6,259 bases of DNA from an uncultured Gammaproteobacteria bacterium (lineage in GTDB: Bacteria; Patescibacteriota; Patescibacteriia; UBA2591; UBA6264), in NCBI GenBank assembly GCA_964617525.1, contig CAZTWG010000026.1, positions 1,055-7,313 on the forward strand. The letters are read 5' to 3'. The notes under the pieces are model-generated. The model saw only the letters and a list, made by a program, of their open reading frames with translations. It made no database searches and was not told the origin of the DNA. Below are positions 5,481 to 6,259 of this stretch, one piece after another (within the stretch, counting starts at the first letter, position 1; the number at the start of each line of letters is the position of its first letter). Both the position numbers and the translations under genes were made by a program.

Positions 5481-6259
5481 ATGGAGATTTCTATTGTTAT
5501 CACCACATATAAAGAGCCAAAGACATTGCCAAAAGCAATTGATTCCATTTTAAGCCAGATACCCAAAAATAACAAAGAAATGGAAATAATTGTTGTTGGG
5601 CCAGACGAGCAAACTAAATCTGTAGTTCAAAAATTTTCTTCTCACCATTCTTTTATCAAATATATCCAAGATAGGGGAGAGGGTAAACCAGCAGCTCTTA
5701 ATTTGGCTTTTAAAGAAGCCGAGGGGAATATTATTATATCTACTGATGGTGATGTTGCTATTGGGTCAAACGCAATTAAAAATTTAATACATCCATTCAA
5801 AAATAAAAATGTTGGAGCAACTAGTAGTCATCCTATTAGTATTAATAAACGCAATACTATTCTGGGATATTGGTCTTATTTTTTAACTAATGCCGCTCAT
5901 CAAATGAGAATCAAAAAAGATGTTTGGCCATGCTCTGGATATTTATACGCGTTTAGAAACATTATAGATAAAATTCCAGTTAACACGCTTTCAGAGGATG
6001 GATTGATTACTCAAATGATTCGTCAAAGGGGGTATTTAATTAAATATTGCCCAAAAGCTGAAGTATATGTTAAATATCCTAATAATCTTAAAGATTGGTT
6101 TAAGCAAAAAATTCGTTCTGCCGGAGGATATGTACAGATTGCTCAAACAAAAAAAATGAGAAATATAAGACAAGAGATAAAAGGTGGTATTAAACTATTT
6201 TTTGAATATCCTAAAAATATTAAAGAGTTTTTTTGGACAATATTATTATATATATTATA
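5481..6259 (+). CDS. Family 2 glycosyltransferase (GT-A fold, membrane-associated), 3'-partial; continues past the window end
   Basis: I translated this by hand in frame +3: 259 codons with no stop. It is absent from the ORF track because no stop codon falls in the window. The sequence is MEISIVITTYKEPKTLPKAIDSILSQ...EIIVVGPDEQT...GKPAALNLAFKEAEGNIIISTDGDV...CSGYLYAFR...SEDGLITQMI...WFKQKIRSAGGY...FFWTILLYIL. It shows the GT2 hallmarks: an N-terminal beta-strand followed by (T/S)YxE, a DxD motif (DGD at 5745-5753), an ED motif, a QxxR(W/S)-type motif, and the start of a hydrophobic segment at the window edge. Confidence 0.85.
   Translation, partial: MEISIVITTYKEPKTLPKAIDSILSQIPKNNKEMEIIVVGPDEQTKSVVQKFSSHHSFIKYIQDRGEGKPAALNLAFKEAEGNIIISTDGDVAIGSNAIKNLIHPFKNKNVGATSSHPISINKRNTILGYWSYFLTNAAHQMRIKKDVWPCSGYLYAFRNIIDKIPVNTLSEDGLITQMIRQRGYLIKYCPKAEVYVKYPNNLKDWFKQKIRSAGGYVQIAQTKKMRNIRQEIKGGIKLFFEYPKNIKEFFWTILLYIL

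Noticed and set aside
1-6259. I scanned the intergenic gaps for tRNA, rRNA, CRISPR repeats, IS or terminal inverted repeats, integrase, toxin-antitoxin pairs and known defence-system signatures.
   Set aside because: The only non-coding gaps are 371-445, 1790-1876, 4493-4497 and 5383-5480. None has tRNA-like G/C-rich stems or repeat-spacer periodicity, and no ORF resembles a transposase, recombinase, nuclease or other defence component.

Overview
AT-rich, tightly packed bacterial window that reads with the standard genetic code. The gene content suggests a small-genome, CPR/Patescibacteria-like organism, but that is inference only. Contents from left to right: (i) On the + strand, the tail of a truncated CdsA/CarS-type membrane ORF (1-96) abuts an orphan C-terminal fragment of a form III-like RuBisCO large subunit (101-370), followed by a bidirectional hairpin terminator (393-427). 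(ii) On the - strand, an apparent three-gene unit is driven by a near-consensus sigma70-type promoter at 5410-5438. It comprises an AmmeMemoRadiSam-type radical SAM enzyme (4498-5382), ClpB (1877-4492, only 5 nt downstream) and a 447-aa secreted protein with four internal repeats (446-1789). (iii) On the + strand, a divergently transcribed family-2 glycosyltransferase (5481 to the window end) is missing from the ORF track because it has no stop codon in the window. It may be leaderless. I found no tRNA, rRNA, CRISPR array, transposase, integrase or recognisable defence module. The most unusual locus is the left edge, where two unrelated gene pieces meet and RuBisCO survives only as its last ~90-100 codons. 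I cannot support a claim that this window holds a complete novel multi-gene system. The findings below are leads ranked by interest.
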